Origin: Antedon mediterranea
Taxonomy: Eukaryota > Animalia > Echinodermata
Direction of reading: 5' to 3'
Assembly (NCBI RefSeq): GCF_964355755.1
Contig: NC_092677.1
Coordinates: forward strand, 2,378,101 to 2,442,100
Length of the DNA stretch: 64,000 nucleotides
The notes under the pieces were generated by a model. It worked only from the letters and a program-made list of their open reading frames with translations. It was not told the DNA's origin and ran no database searches. A program made the position numbers and the translations under genes. Positions 40,330-54,200 of the stretch are shown here, piece after piece (the first letter of the stretch is position 1; each line of letters starts with the position of its first letter).

Positions 40330-40561
40330 AGCTTGGTTCCCACTAGGACGCGACGCAACGGCACAAGCCAAACGAGTTGACCAATGGCAACTGACAGTTC
40401 GAATAATCCATCACTTGTGATTGGTCAAATTATTAGTCGGAATCTTTAACTCTCTGCGTAAACGGCACCGTGATTATTACGTCGACGGTTCCTATTCATT
40501 TGTTTACGGCACGACGATATGTTGCGTCTAGGTATTTGCGTTTCGTCATGGGAACTACGGT
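40330..40561. mobile_element. Tourist-like MITE, diverged
   Basis: tta|agcttggttcccactag ... tgggaactacggt|tta; internal ttgaccaat...attggtcaa core shared with 12423-12601. Confidence 0.65.
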
Positions 40562-41016
40562 TTAATTATTGCAGGAGGGGCGTTCCATATGCAATCAAAG
40601 TGAATTTCAAAACATTGCTGGAATATGAATGAATGACACTATTATTAAAGCAGAGACATTAATACAATAGCATTTGGAACCGTTCCAAATTGCACTTAAG
40701 TGCCGTTACTTTCCAATTCCCAAAACGGTCAGGTGAATTGAAGAAAAATCAGAAACAAAAGGACGAACTACTTTTTTTGTTACAAACATAATTCCAACTT
40801 ACGTCAAGAATGTAAAGTATTTATGGAACTACTTTTTCCCTATTGTTAATAAGCCTTTGATAATAAAACAAACTTGGTCCATGATTTAAGAAGCAGACGA
40901 TTTTAGAAAAGCAGACGATAACGACAGAATGTGCACTTAAACATACCGTAGATCATTGAATAGAAAGTTATGTCCGATTCCGCGTGTCATACAAAGGTCT
41001 ATGTCAAGTTTGTGTC

Positions 41017-41106
41017 TTCATTGAAATTTATCGGTTAAATAGTCAGAGAATAATACACTGCCATTTGTATTATTCTCTGACTATTTAACCGATAAATCTC
41101 AATGAA
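41017..41106. repeat. Near-perfect inverted repeat (41-bp arms, 1 mismatch, 8-nt loop)
   Basis: ttcattgaaatttatcggttaaatagtcagagaataataca-ctgccatt-tgtattattctctgactatttaaccgataaatctcaatgaa. Confidence 0.92.
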
Positions 41107-42879
41107 TAAACACTTCAAAGTAGGAAGACACTTTTAAATAGTTTGACAAGTCTACAATTGTTGTCAAGTTAATGCAATTATCTCTTTGTGAATGATAGGT
41201 ACTTAAACAATGGAGGAGAAATTTAGAAACAAACAATTTTAAAAACAGATACCATGGATTGTAAATTACTGTAAAGAAAGAAAAGCTAAGAAATGGAAGG
41301 TACAATAGGCCCCTAATAGTCGGAATATAAGTTAATTTACCTATAGCCTAAGTGTTATGGTTAGATGTGTGCTAGACGGACGCAATAATTAAGAAAATAA
41401 CAAATGTAACATTGGTTTGTTGGCAATGGTGTTAATTAGCATTCTTCATATGTAACTGATCGTGTTGGACCGTTGGTCGCTTCGAACTGGTTACAATAGG
41501 CCGTATTATCTACTCCCAAGATGAAATTGACTTAACACATCACTGTTTATACCACGGACAGCCATTATAAAACAACGCAATGACGTACACACAGCGCGCG
41601 CAGATATATTATTACGTTGTGTTTTATGTAGTGTTCAGGTTTTTTCCCATGGTCGAAGAAGCCAGAAGAGGGTCTACGAATAAACACAACAGTAGGCATA
41701 TAGGAAATCATCAGATAACCGTAACGATATTAATCTGTTGATCAATCTAGTCGAATCTTTCAATAAAACACGTCTGACCCGTTTGCTTACATGACCTAAT
41801 TCACACAGGGTCGCTCGTCAATTTAAAAGTTCAATCAAAGTTGACCCATGCGCTCTTCATTGGAATGTATTGAATGCATGTGGAATTGGAAGAAGGAATG
41901 GAAAGTCAGCTGGTATAAGAAAACTGTGCCCTAATTTTTAAAATATGGTTCATCTGACCCTTCCATGACCTGACGGTGGACATAAAGCTAAGCCACGTTC
42001 AGACTGCTGTTCAGACTGCTATTCACCCGGGTAAGTTATTGATGACCTACCCGGGTAAATAGCTACTGAGCCGGGCAAGGACGTGTGCACCACGAAACTT
42101 ACCAATCACAAAGCGACAATTCGAATTATCATTCGTGATTGGTCAAATTACTTGGGTTGCGCGTACGTACTTACGTATTGTCTAACGGACCAAGCTTTTG
42201 GCGCCCAATATGGCAAGTTAATTCAATTAAAGAATTCCCATTTCCTACTAAACAAGGCCATATATATGGCTGCAGTCGCGTGCTCAAATTTGAGTTAGTG
42301 TTTACTGACCAACCAACCAACCGACCGAATAGTGAGCTGAAGAGTCGGACGGTATACCGTATTTCCTATCGAAATAGATCACGATTTTTTCGCGACTAAA
42401 CGTTGTTTTTTGTGAATTTAAAAATGACAATAATAACAACAATTTTTGATAAGTTCAATAGGAAAGTGTATCGTATGATATAAAACAAGCGTTAAAAACC
42501 TCGTTTGTTATTTTTGAGGAAAAACATGTTTGTTTTATATTTTAATCATGGACGAGCATTGACTTGATCGGGCGATGATCTCTTAATAATCCGATGATCC
42601 GATAACTCGATATCCTTCAATGATCTTGTAAATAATTAATGTGATCAGATAATCCTGAACACCAAACACATCCAACTTTGGTTTACTATCTGATGAATGA
42701 TTTGTTATGAAACAACAGATTTAGTTATCCCAAAAAAAACACCAAGAAGTTCATGAGAAGAAATTTATGAACACATTTGACTTTTCACGTGATAATTCAA
42801 GATATAGTATTCTTACAACTGTGTGTGTGTGGTATTCAGTATTTTACTGCTTTCTGCTGTATATTGTAGCATAGGCCGT

Positions 42880-42967
42880 GGCCGACAGTGTCCTAGCCAG
42901 CAGGGCCTAGACGATAGGGTTCTGGCCAGCAGGGCCTAGACGACAGGGTTCTAGCCGACAAGGGCCC
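42880..42967. repeat. GC-rich 29-bp minisatellite, about 3 copies
   Basis: Repeated gccagcagggcctagacga(t/c)agggttct units. Confidence 0.7.
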
Positions 42968-45900
42968 TTGTCAACCGAATCCACCCATTTTGGGAGTTCC
43001 GTTGCCTTATTTCATTGTGCACACGCCTCATAACACACCCAATCACAGCATAGCCCTTATGTCTATCCTAAACTAATCATTACACAGAAACATAACTGTC
43101 ACGTGTGATGCAAATACAAAATGGACGGTTCTCCTAAAAAACATGAACAAGCCTACCACTGAAGCTAAAAAAACATAATTGTACAGTTTAATTCCTGTAA
43201 AATACTTACACTATTACATAATAATAACTGCCCGTCTATAAACGAATTAATTGCCAACAACGTAAGTACCGCTTAGAAAAACGACTCACTCCCAAGAATT
43301 GACATCAACATTAATATGACACGCGCGCGCCTCTTGTTTTCATTTCTAGTGGAGTAAATTCATCGAAAATCTTGATAATTATGCACTTTTGATAACAGAT
43401 TTATCATCTGACATTTAACTAAGCTACCACCTGAGATCCACTTATATATTAAGAAAACACAGAAGACTTGAGTGTACGATGAATGAAAACGGCAAAAACA
43501 AAGATCGATAGACTATCTTATGACGTCACCCAATCCAATCGTCTGTATTATGTCGCTTTAAATAACATAATAATCGGAAATCACTGTTGATCATGTGGGA
43601 AACTTGTTTTTAATTTTAGGAGAATTTTCGTCAGTCATGATGACAAATGAGGAGAAATCACAATTAGTGCCATTCCCTTTTTTGTTCAACCGTGTTTAGG
43701 CTACACGTCAGAGTAAATTGCGCCAACTTTCGTTTTCACGATGCGCCTCGCACGACGACAACGTAGTTGGCTGCAATATCGAGCCAATTGCTAACAGAAT
43801 TCTGCGCATCATGTTTCTAACCATGTATAGAATGACTTTTCAACTCAAAAGGAGCGTAATATAGTGGCGCGTATAGTACTGGTACTAAAATCATCAACTG
43901 TAAATCTAACATACAGTACCACCACATGTGGTACACAGTAGTGGTACCGTATAATATGCGGTCCAATACTTTATATTTACGCACAATGGACATAAAAACC
44001 ATTAGATTTACAAATAAGCGACAACATGGATTACTATGTATTCTTTAAAATATTTGGCCTATCACATAATAACGTGCATTATTAGAGAGCATTCTGAAAA
44101 ACATAAGCACGATATTTTAGCATTCGTGTGTAACATGGTTAACTAGGCCGAAGGTAGGCATCTATATGAAACAACATACCGCGCTCATTGAAGTTAAGCG
44201 TGATGATCGAACAAGTTGTTTTTATTACGTACCGTCGTGCGCTTCACTGTACCGCCGCTCTATAAACACACCGCTATAAATTCACACGTTGAAATCTCTT
44301 CAGTGGAACAAGTACGGTTTCCTAATTCCATTTAAAAGACCACTTAGATGATTTTTGGAAAACATCAATCGTTTATTAATTATTACATAAGGAAATACAC
44401 ATTTAATATTTAATAATAGGATCGTGCCAGTTCATCGCATTGAAGTTCGAGTATTTGATCGAAAGTTCGCCGAAGTGGAAACGTCGTAAACAACACAAGG
44501 GATTTTCGGGTGGAGTGTGTAAAACGTGGGCGGTGTATATCCGCGTTGACAAAAGAACGTTGCACGAATATTTCCCTTGGGATTAAAGACAGACAGTTTA
44601 CAATCGAGTATTAAACTTTAAATTATCTCAATATTCAATTTAACCAACTACGTTTTTAACAAATATTTAACTCCTTGATTTTATCTCGATTTACGTCGAG
44701 CATCGGGGGACAGACAACAACAACAACGATTCTTTGGACAATCATGTTGCGCGAGTTATACGAAAGAATAATCTCAAAATATAAGTAAAACCCTGGATAT
44801 GAGTTATAAAGGCATCCGGACAATGAGTGATTCTAGTAGGAGCATTGCCCTGGTGTTTGCTAATTCGTTTGACACGACATAGGCACGCCTACCATCCTAA
44901 TAAAAACGCGCTTCATTGGGATACGCACACGCTGCGCACAAACGCAATTAGCTCTTATTCAATTCAGAAATAATATAAAGGAATTGAATGCACTTTGCAC
45001 GTTTACTTCAGTTCAGTGCTGGTTCACTATCATAATATTGTTAGGTCAATAATTAACTAACAATGGTATTTCCAATCCAATATAATGTAATCACGTGGTC
45101 TACAAATAAATACCACCATAGACGAGAAAATCAATCATAGAGATTTCGTGAGAAGACTGGTCCAGCTCAGACAACAGTTGAGTGTTCCTATTTACAAGAA
45201 GCGATTTCAATTCAATGCGGTCGCCTGTGATCAGCATACAGACGTACAGTATATGGTGTGAATACGGGATTGGAACACCAATACAACATGAATGTTGAAT
45301 AGACGTAAAACGCAAACCCGGTTATTACAGTTCGTCGCTTAAATTATTGACTGGTGAAAATGAGTTGCGATACACAGTGTACTGTATAACATTGCGTTTT
45401 GTCCTAGTGGGGAAACTGACAATATGAAATATAATGTGATTGTGATCTTCTTAAACAATATCTAAAACAAAAATGGGGGGGGGGGGGCACCATTTTCAAA
45501 ATCAGCTTGGATTCTATAAAACTGAACCATCAAGGTAAATACAGTATTGTATCCACTACAAATCTATATAGTATATTATATATATCGTCTACAAATATGT
45601 CGTGTATTATTCCGCGTAGTCTGCAATGACGTCACAGTCCCAGGGCCTTCTTCCAATACATGCACCAGACTGCTATTATCTATACATTAGCATCATCAAG
45701 TGCTAATTATCTCTTTAAATCGAAAGGGTCACACCCATTAACAAGATAATCCGGTGAACAATTTGTGAACGAGCCTAATTGTTTTATAAGCGTCGATGAA
45801 TAGTTTCCTCGGAAACAACTAGTGTAATGATTGTCTGTATTATCAGACGATATTATTTCCGCCAAAAGTATTTACCTGACGATAACAATCGGCTCATTGC

Positions 45901-46330
45901 CAGGACTAAAGCCGGGCAATTACTAGCTGGTACTTCCTTGTCGTCCGGCATTATTTTAGTACTTTACAACGTGTGTGGGGAAGCATTGTCTGCAGAAAAA
46001 GAAAACCGACGGAAAGATTTCCTCCAAAATAACCGGGACCTTTTCAAATAAAAGGTCGGCACGAATGCATTACATATATTTCTATAATTAATTTTCTAAT
46101 AATCCACTGTACTAAGTACATGTTACGTAAATACAGTATATGATCAAATATTGCATACGCCATCATCGTTGAAACCAGAACCATGTGACGAGACAACAGA
46201 TTCGAACTGAACTTTCTAGTCAAATCTAAATAATTCCTCCATGATTTATGTGACCACAAATCGTACACATCTTGACTTTCATCATATCAGACAAAAAAAA
46301 AGGTCCTTTGGGTTAATACAGACAAGATTA

Positions 46331-46399
46331 TTAGGTTATATGCATGATATGCATATAACCTCTTGATTCTGTCAAAATCTTTATTTATTTATTTATTTA
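46331..46399 (+). mobile_element. 5' end of outermost element C (related family)
   Basis: tt-aggttatatgcat-gat-atgcatataacct-cttg...aaatc(ttta)n parallels the B-type 5' end. Its 3' end is not in the window. Confidence 0.65.
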
Positions 46400-46463
46400 T
46401 TAGTTATCCGCACTCAGCGGATAACTCCTTGTAACTGTCCTGTTTCATCATCTTTTTTTTTTT

Positions 46464-48357
46464 TTAGTTATCCGCACTCAGCGGATAACTCCTTGTAACT
46501 GTCCTGTTTCATCATCTTTTTTTTTTTTTTCTGTATTATTCTTCTTTCTTTCTGTCATTTTTGTGCAGAGCGTATCTCTAAAACGTGTAAAGTTAACATT
46601 TTATAACTTTGTCAACATATGGGCAATCACGTGAAGTTGTGCTTTTCTATTTTTGAATGACGTCAGAGTTGCGCAACATGACTTACGCGCGTTTTTATGA
46701 ATTTCGCGTATTTAACATAGATCGAAAACCATATAACAATTTAAATTGAAACTTAGCAAAAGTCTAATTTATATCGTGCGCTAACGTTTTGTGCACTAAA
46801 AATAGCATGTTTCACACGAAGTTACGCGCGCACGCGCGTTAAAAATTTTCAAAATGCGGAAAATCAATTTCTAATCAACTTTCTACTCGTTAAAGTTAAC
46901 ATTTTATAACTTTGTCAACATATGGGCAATCACGTGAAGTTGTGCTTTCCTATTTTTGAATGACATCAGAGTTGCGCAACATGACTTACGCGCGTTTTTA
47001 TGAATTTCGCGTATTTAACATAGATCGAAAACCATATAACAATTTAAATTGAAACTTAGCAAAAGTCTAATTTATATCGTGCGCTAACGTTTTGTGCACT
47101 AAAAATGGCATGTTTTACACGAAGTTACGCGCGCACGCACGTTTAAAATTTTATAATGCGAAAAATCAATTTCTAATCAACTTTCTACGCGTTTCATGTC
47201 ATTTTGAGCATGTAAAAAATTCCCACGGGCGCGCATATTTTTACGCGCGTGGTGCGCACGTAGCGTTGAAAACAATTTTTTTTGCGTGATTTAGGTTTTT
47301 CCAGCCTTTTCTAGTAATTTTACCAACTTTTAAACGATTTCGACTTAAAATCACGTCATACGAGCCCGTAGAATTGGATGATTTATGTGCGTTTTTTATG
47401 AAAAAGTTCAAAAATTCATCAAAATTTGTCAAAATTATACCTTTTTTTAAACACTTGTAGTTTCTAAACTAAACGGTAAAAGTTGTTTTTATTACGTATT
47501 CTTGAAGATGATGAGTTGTAGATATCGTATCATGCATCAATATGGCTAACCGGACATTATGACATCATCGTATGGCCACTCGAATATAAAATATAGGGAT
47601 TTTTTCTCTTTTGTCATAGCGCATCACATTTAATAGAGCGCATCTCCACTTATCCGTTTTCCATTTTCACCCCGATTTTTATATTGTCTAGGTCAATCAA
47701 CTATCCTTTGCATGAGTTAAAAATAATTTAATTTTTATGACGTCATCATGCCTACAAATTTAAATTAGGTGTGCCTTTAATTTCATCTTTACAGTAAATT
47801 TTAATCTGTTATAGCTCGTACGAATAAAATGTGATAATCACGATTAAAACGTTTTCTGGAAGCTATTGGATTGTAGATACAAAATCATGTAAAAATTTTA
47901 CCATTCGGATGTTGTGACGTCATCATATGGCCAGTTAAATAAGAAAAGTCGTATTTTCATCTTTTGCGTCATAATTCATTACATTTAAAAGAGCGTGCAT
48001 CAATATTTCACGTATTCAAATTTCTTCTGCACGTTAGTATGTTGTTACTGAGATAATTTGCTTCCCAAATTGCTGTCTTAGTTTTTCATTTTGATACCGT
48101 CGCCATGTTAAAAATAGGAATAAACGGGGGGTCCCGTAATTTCACCTATTCTACACTGTATGTAATATGTATACAGATTATATTATATACTACATGACAC
48201 AAAATTACAGAATTCAGCAATAACAACATATCATATTCTTCAGTTCAGGTCATAATGCCATAATCTTTTTCTGTGTGCAATATTCTAACGTATCACTTGC
48301 ACGTGGCGTTTGTCGTGCGGATAACTAACTCGTCAAAGTGACGAGTTACATGTCTAG
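46464..48357 (+). mobile_element. Element A-in, complete, nested in the poly-T of A0, with an internal 303-bp tandem duplication
   Basis: Both termini present; 46588-46890 is repeated from 46891. Confidence 0.87.
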
Positions 48358-51264
48358 TCTGTATTATTCTTTCTTTCTGTCATTTTTGTGCAGAGCATAT
48401 CTCAAAAACGTGTAAAATTAACATTTCATAACTTTGTCAACATATGGGTATTCACCTGAAGTTGTGCTTTTCTATTTCTGAATGACGTCAGAATTGCACA
48501 ACATGACTTACGCGCGTTTTAACGAATTTCGCGTATTTAACATACATCGAAAACCATATAACAATTTAAATTGAAACTTAACAAAAGTTTTAGTTATATC
48601 TTGCGCTAACTGACTTTGTAAAAAAAATGGCATGTTTTACACGAAGTTACGCGCGCACGCGCGTTTAAAATTTCAAAACGCGAAAAATCAATTTCTAATC
48701 CACTTTCTACGCGTTTCATGTCATTTTGAGCAGGTAAAAAATTCCCACGCGTGCGCATTTTTTTACGCGCGCCGTGCGCACGTAGCGTTGAAAACAATTT
48801 TTTTCACGTGATTTATGTTTTTCCAGCCTTTTTTAGTAATTTTACCAACTTTTAAACGATTTAGACTTAAAATTACGTCATACGGGCACGTCGAATTGGA
48901 TAATTTACGTGGGTTTTTGATGAAAAAGGTAAAAAATTCGTTAAAATTTGTCAAAATTATGCCTTTTTTTAAACAGTCGTAATTTCTAAACTTGACGGTC
49001 AACTTTTTGTGGATGACATATTCTTGAAGTTGATGAGGTGTAGATATCGGATCATGTAATAATATGGCTAACCGGACATTGTGACGTCATCGTATGGCCA
49101 CGCGAATATAAAATATAGGATTTTTGTATCTTTCATCATAGCGCATGACATTTAATAGAGCGCATCTCCAATTATCTGTTTTCCATTTTTACCCCGATTT
49201 TTATATTATCTAGGTCAATCAACTATCTTTCGTATGAGTTAAAAATATTTTAATTTTTATGACGTCATCATGTCTAAAAATGTAAATAACGTGGGTCACT
49301 TATTTTCGTCTTTACAGTAAATTTCAATCTGTTATAGCTCGTCAGAATAAAACGTGATAATCATGATTAAAACGTTTTCTGGAAGCTATTGGATTGTAGA
49401 TACGAATTTATGTAAACATTTTGCCAATCGGATGTTGTGACGTCATCATATGACCAGTTAAATAAAAAAAGTCGTATTTTCATCTTTTGCGTCATAATTC
49501 ATCACATTTAAAAGAGCGCGCATCAATATTTTACGTATTTAAATTTCTTCTACACATTAATATGTTGTTGCCGAGATAATTTCCTTCCGAAATTGCTATC
49601 TTAGTATTTCATTTTGATACCGTCGCTATGTTAAAAATTGGAATAAATGGCGGGTCCAGTCATTTCACCTATTCTACACAGTATGTAATATGTATACAGA
49701 TTATATTGTATATATAATATGACACAAAACTAGACATGTAACTCGTCACTTTGACGAGTTTGGTTATCCGCCGCGCAAGTGGTGCAACATTAACATTAAG
49801 GGGATAGGTTGAGGACAAAAGGAAGTGTTCACGTTGGCATTATGATCTGAACTGAAGAATATGATATGTTGTTATTGCTGAATTTTATTATTTAAATTCA
49901 TATATAGTATACACAGTATATTCTGTATCCATATCACATACAGTGACATACAGTGTAGAATAGGTGAAATTACGGGACCTGCTATTTATTGCAATTTTTA
50001 ACATGTTGACGGTTTTAAAATAAAACGCGAAGGTAGCAATTCCGAAAGGAAATTATCTCAGCAACAACGTATTAGCGTGTAGAAGAAATTTGAATACGTG
50101 AAATATTGATGCGCGCTCTTTTAAATGTAATGAATTATGACGCAAAAGATGAAAATACGACCTTTTTCATTTAACTGGCCATATGATGACGTCACAACAT
50201 CCGATTGGCAACATTTTTACATAATTTCGTATCTACAATCCAATAGCTTCCAGAAAAAGTTTTAATCGTGATTATCACATTTTATTCTTACGAGCTATAA
50301 CAGATTAAAATTTACTGTAAAGATGAAATTGATGCCACACGTGATTTAAATTTTTAGGCATGATGACGTCAAAAAAATTAAAATATTTTTAACTCATGCG
50401 AAAGATAGTTGATTGACCTAGACAATATCAAAATCAGGGTGAAAATGGAAAACGAATAGGTGGAGATGCGCTCTATTCAATGTGATGAGTTATGACGAAA
50501 GTTACAAAAATCCTAAATTTTATATTCGCGTGGCCATACGATGACGTCACAATGTCCGGTTAGCCATATTAATACCTGATCCGATATCTACAACTCATCT
50601 ACTTCCAGAATATGTCATCCACAAAAAGTTGACCGTCTAGTTTAGAAATTACGACTGTTTAAAAAAAGGCATATTTTAAACGAATTTTTTAACCTTTTCA
50701 TAAAAAACGCGCGCAAATTGTCCAATTCGACGTGCTCGTATGACGTATCTTTAAGTCGAAATTGTTTAAAATTTGGTAAAATTGCTAGAAAAGGCTGGAA
50801 AAACATAAATCACGCGAAAAAAATACGTTTTCAATGCTACGTGCGCACCGCACACGTAAAAATGTGCGCACGCGTGGGAATTTTTGACATGCTTAAAACG
50901 ACATAAAACGCGTAGAAAGTTGATTATAAATTAATTTTGCGCATTTTGAAATTTTAAATACGCGTGCGCGCGTAACTTTGTGTAAAACACGCAATTTTTT
51001 TTCAACAGAAAGTTAGAGCATGATATAAATTAAACTTTTGCAAAGTTTCACTTTAAAATGTTATTTGGTTTTCGACATATGTTAGATACGAGAAAATCGT
51101 TAAATCGCGCGTACGTCACGTTGCGCAATTGTAAACATCATGAAAAGCTTCGCTTGACGACGTTACATAAATGTCAAAATGTTAACATAGTTACCGAAAT
51201 GTTATGTTTGCGAGTTTTAGAGAAAAGCGTTACACAAAAATCATACAGAAAGAAAGAAGAAGAA

Positions 51265-54200
51265 CTAGACATGAAACTCGTCACTTTGACGAGTTAGTTA
51301 TCCGCTCGACAAACGCCACGTGCACGTCATACGTTAGAATATTGCACACAGAAAAATATTAAGGCATTATGACCTGAACTGAAGAATATGATATGTTGTT
51401 ATTTCTGAATTCTGTTATTTTGTGTCATATAGTATACACAGTACAATCTGTATACATATCACAAACAGTGTAAAATAGGTGAAATTACGGGACCCGTATT
51501 TTATTTTAATTTTTAACATCTTGACGGTTTCAAAATGAAATGCAAAAGTAGAAACTTCTGAATGAAATTATCTCAGCAAAAACATATTAACGTATAGAAG
51601 AAATTTTAATACGTGAAATATTGATGCGCGCTCTTTTAAATGTAATGAAATATAATGCAAAAGATGAAAATACGACTTTTTTTATTTAACTGGCCATATG
51701 ATGACGTCACAACATTCGATTGGCACAATTTACACATGATTTTGTATCTACAATACAATAGCTTCCTGAAAACGTTTTAATCGTGATTATCACATTTTAT
51801 TCTTACGAGGTATAACAGATTAAAATTTACTGTAAAGATAAAATTAATGACCAACGTAATTTAAATTTTTAGGCAAGATGACGTTAAAAAAATTTAAAAA
51901 TGTTTAATTCATGCAAAAGATAGTTGATTGACCTAGAATATATTAAAATCGGGGTGAAAATGGACAACGAATAAGTGGAGATGCGCTCTATTAAATGTGA
52001 TGAGCTATGACGAAAGAGACAAAAATTCTATATTTTATATTGGCGTGGCCATACGATGACGTCACAATGTCCGGTTAGCCATATTAATGCATGATCCGAT
52101 ATCTACAACTCATCAACTTCCAGAATATGTAATTTGAAAAAAGTTCTCCATGTAGTTTAGAATCTATGACTGTTTAAAAATAGGCATAATTTTGACGAAT
52201 TTTTGAACTTTTTCACCAAAAACGCGTGCAAATTATCTAATTCGACGTGCTCGTATGACGTAATTTTAAGTCGAAATTGTTTAAAATTTGGTAACATTAC
52301 TAGAAAAGGCTGAAAAAACATAAATCACGTGAAAAAAATATGTTTTTAACGCTACGTGTGCACCGCGTGCGTAAAAATGTTCGCGCGCGTGGGAATTTTT
52401 GACATGCTCAAAATGACATGAAACGCATAGAAAGTTGATTGGAAGTTGATCTTTCGTATTCTAAAATTTTAAACGCGCGTGCGCGCGTAACTTTTTGTGA
52501 AACATGCTATTTTTAATCCATAGAAAGTTTGCGCTTGATATGACTTAAATTTTCACAAAGTGTCAAAACAAAATTATGTTTCGTTTTTAGTCTATGATCA
52601 ATCATTGAAATTCATAAAATCGCGCGTAAGTCTCGTTGCGCAACTCTGACGTCATTCAAAAATAGGAGGTGCACAAGTTCGCGTAAATGTCGATATGTTG
52701 ACAAAGTTACGATATGTTCTGTTTACACGTTTTAGAGAAACGCGGCGCACAAAAATGACAGAAGGAAAGAAGAACTAGACATGAAACTCGTCACTTTGAC
52801 GAGTTAGTTATCCGCTCGACAAACGCCACGTGCACGTCATACGTTAGAATATTGCACACAAAAAAATATTAAGGCATTATGACCTGAACTGAAGAATATG
52901 ATATGTTGTTGTTTCTGAATTCTGTTATTTTGTGTCATATAGTATACACAGTACAATCTGTATACATATCACAAACAGTGTAAAATAGGTGAAATTACGG
53001 GACCCGTATTTTATTGTAATTTTTAACATCTTGACGGTTTCAAAATGAAATGCAAAAGTAGAAATTTCAGAATGAAATTATCTCAGCAATAACATATTAA
53101 CGTGTAGAAGAAATTTGAATACGTTAAATATTGATGCGCGCTCTTTTAAATGTAATGAAATATAACGCAAAAGATGAAAATACGACTTTTTTTATTTAAC
53201 TGGCCATATGATGACGTCACAACATTCGATTAGCACAATTTACACATGATGTTGTATCTACAATACAATAGCTTCCTGAAAACGTTTTAATCGTGATTAT
53301 CCCATTTTATTCTTACGAGCTATAACGGATTAAAATTTAATGTAAAGATGAAATTAATGACCAACGTAATTTAAATTTTTAGGCATGATGACGTTAAAAA
53401 AATTAAAAAAATTTTAATTCATGCAAAAGATAGTTGATCGACCTAGAATATATTAAAATCGGGGTGAAAATGGACAACGAATAAGTGGAGATGCGCTCTA
53501 TTAAATGTGATGAGCTATGACGAAAGAGACAAAAATCCTATATTTTATATTCGCGTGGCCATACGATGACGTCACTATGTCCGGTTATCCATATTAATGC
53601 ATGATCCGATATCTACAACTCATCAACTTCCAGAATATGTAATTAAAAAAAAGTTCTCCATGTAGTTTAGAATCTATGACTGTTTAAAAATAGGCATAAT
53701 TTTGACGAATTTTTGAACTTTTTCACCAAAAACGCGTACAAATTATCTAATTCGACGTGCTCGTATGACGTAATTTTAAGTAGAAATTGTTTAAAAGTTG
53801 GTAACATTACCAGAAAAGGCTGAAAAAACATAAATCACGCGGAAAAAATATGTTTTTAACGCTACGTGTGCACCGCGTGCGTAAACATTTTCGCGCGCGT
53901 GGGAATTTTTGACATGCTCAAAATGACATGAAACGCATAGAAAGTTGATTAGAAGTTGATTTTTCGCACCCTAAAATTTTAAACGCGCGTGCGCGCGTAA
54001 CTTTTTGTGAAACATGCTATTTTTAATCCATAGAAAGTTTGCGCTTGATATGACTTAAATTTTCACAAAGTGTCAAAACAAAATTATGTTTGGTTTTTAG
54101 TCTATGATCAATCATTGAAATTCATAAAATCGCGCGTAAGTCACGTTGCGCAACTCTGACGTCATTCAAAAATAGGAGGTGCACAAGTTCACGTAAATGT

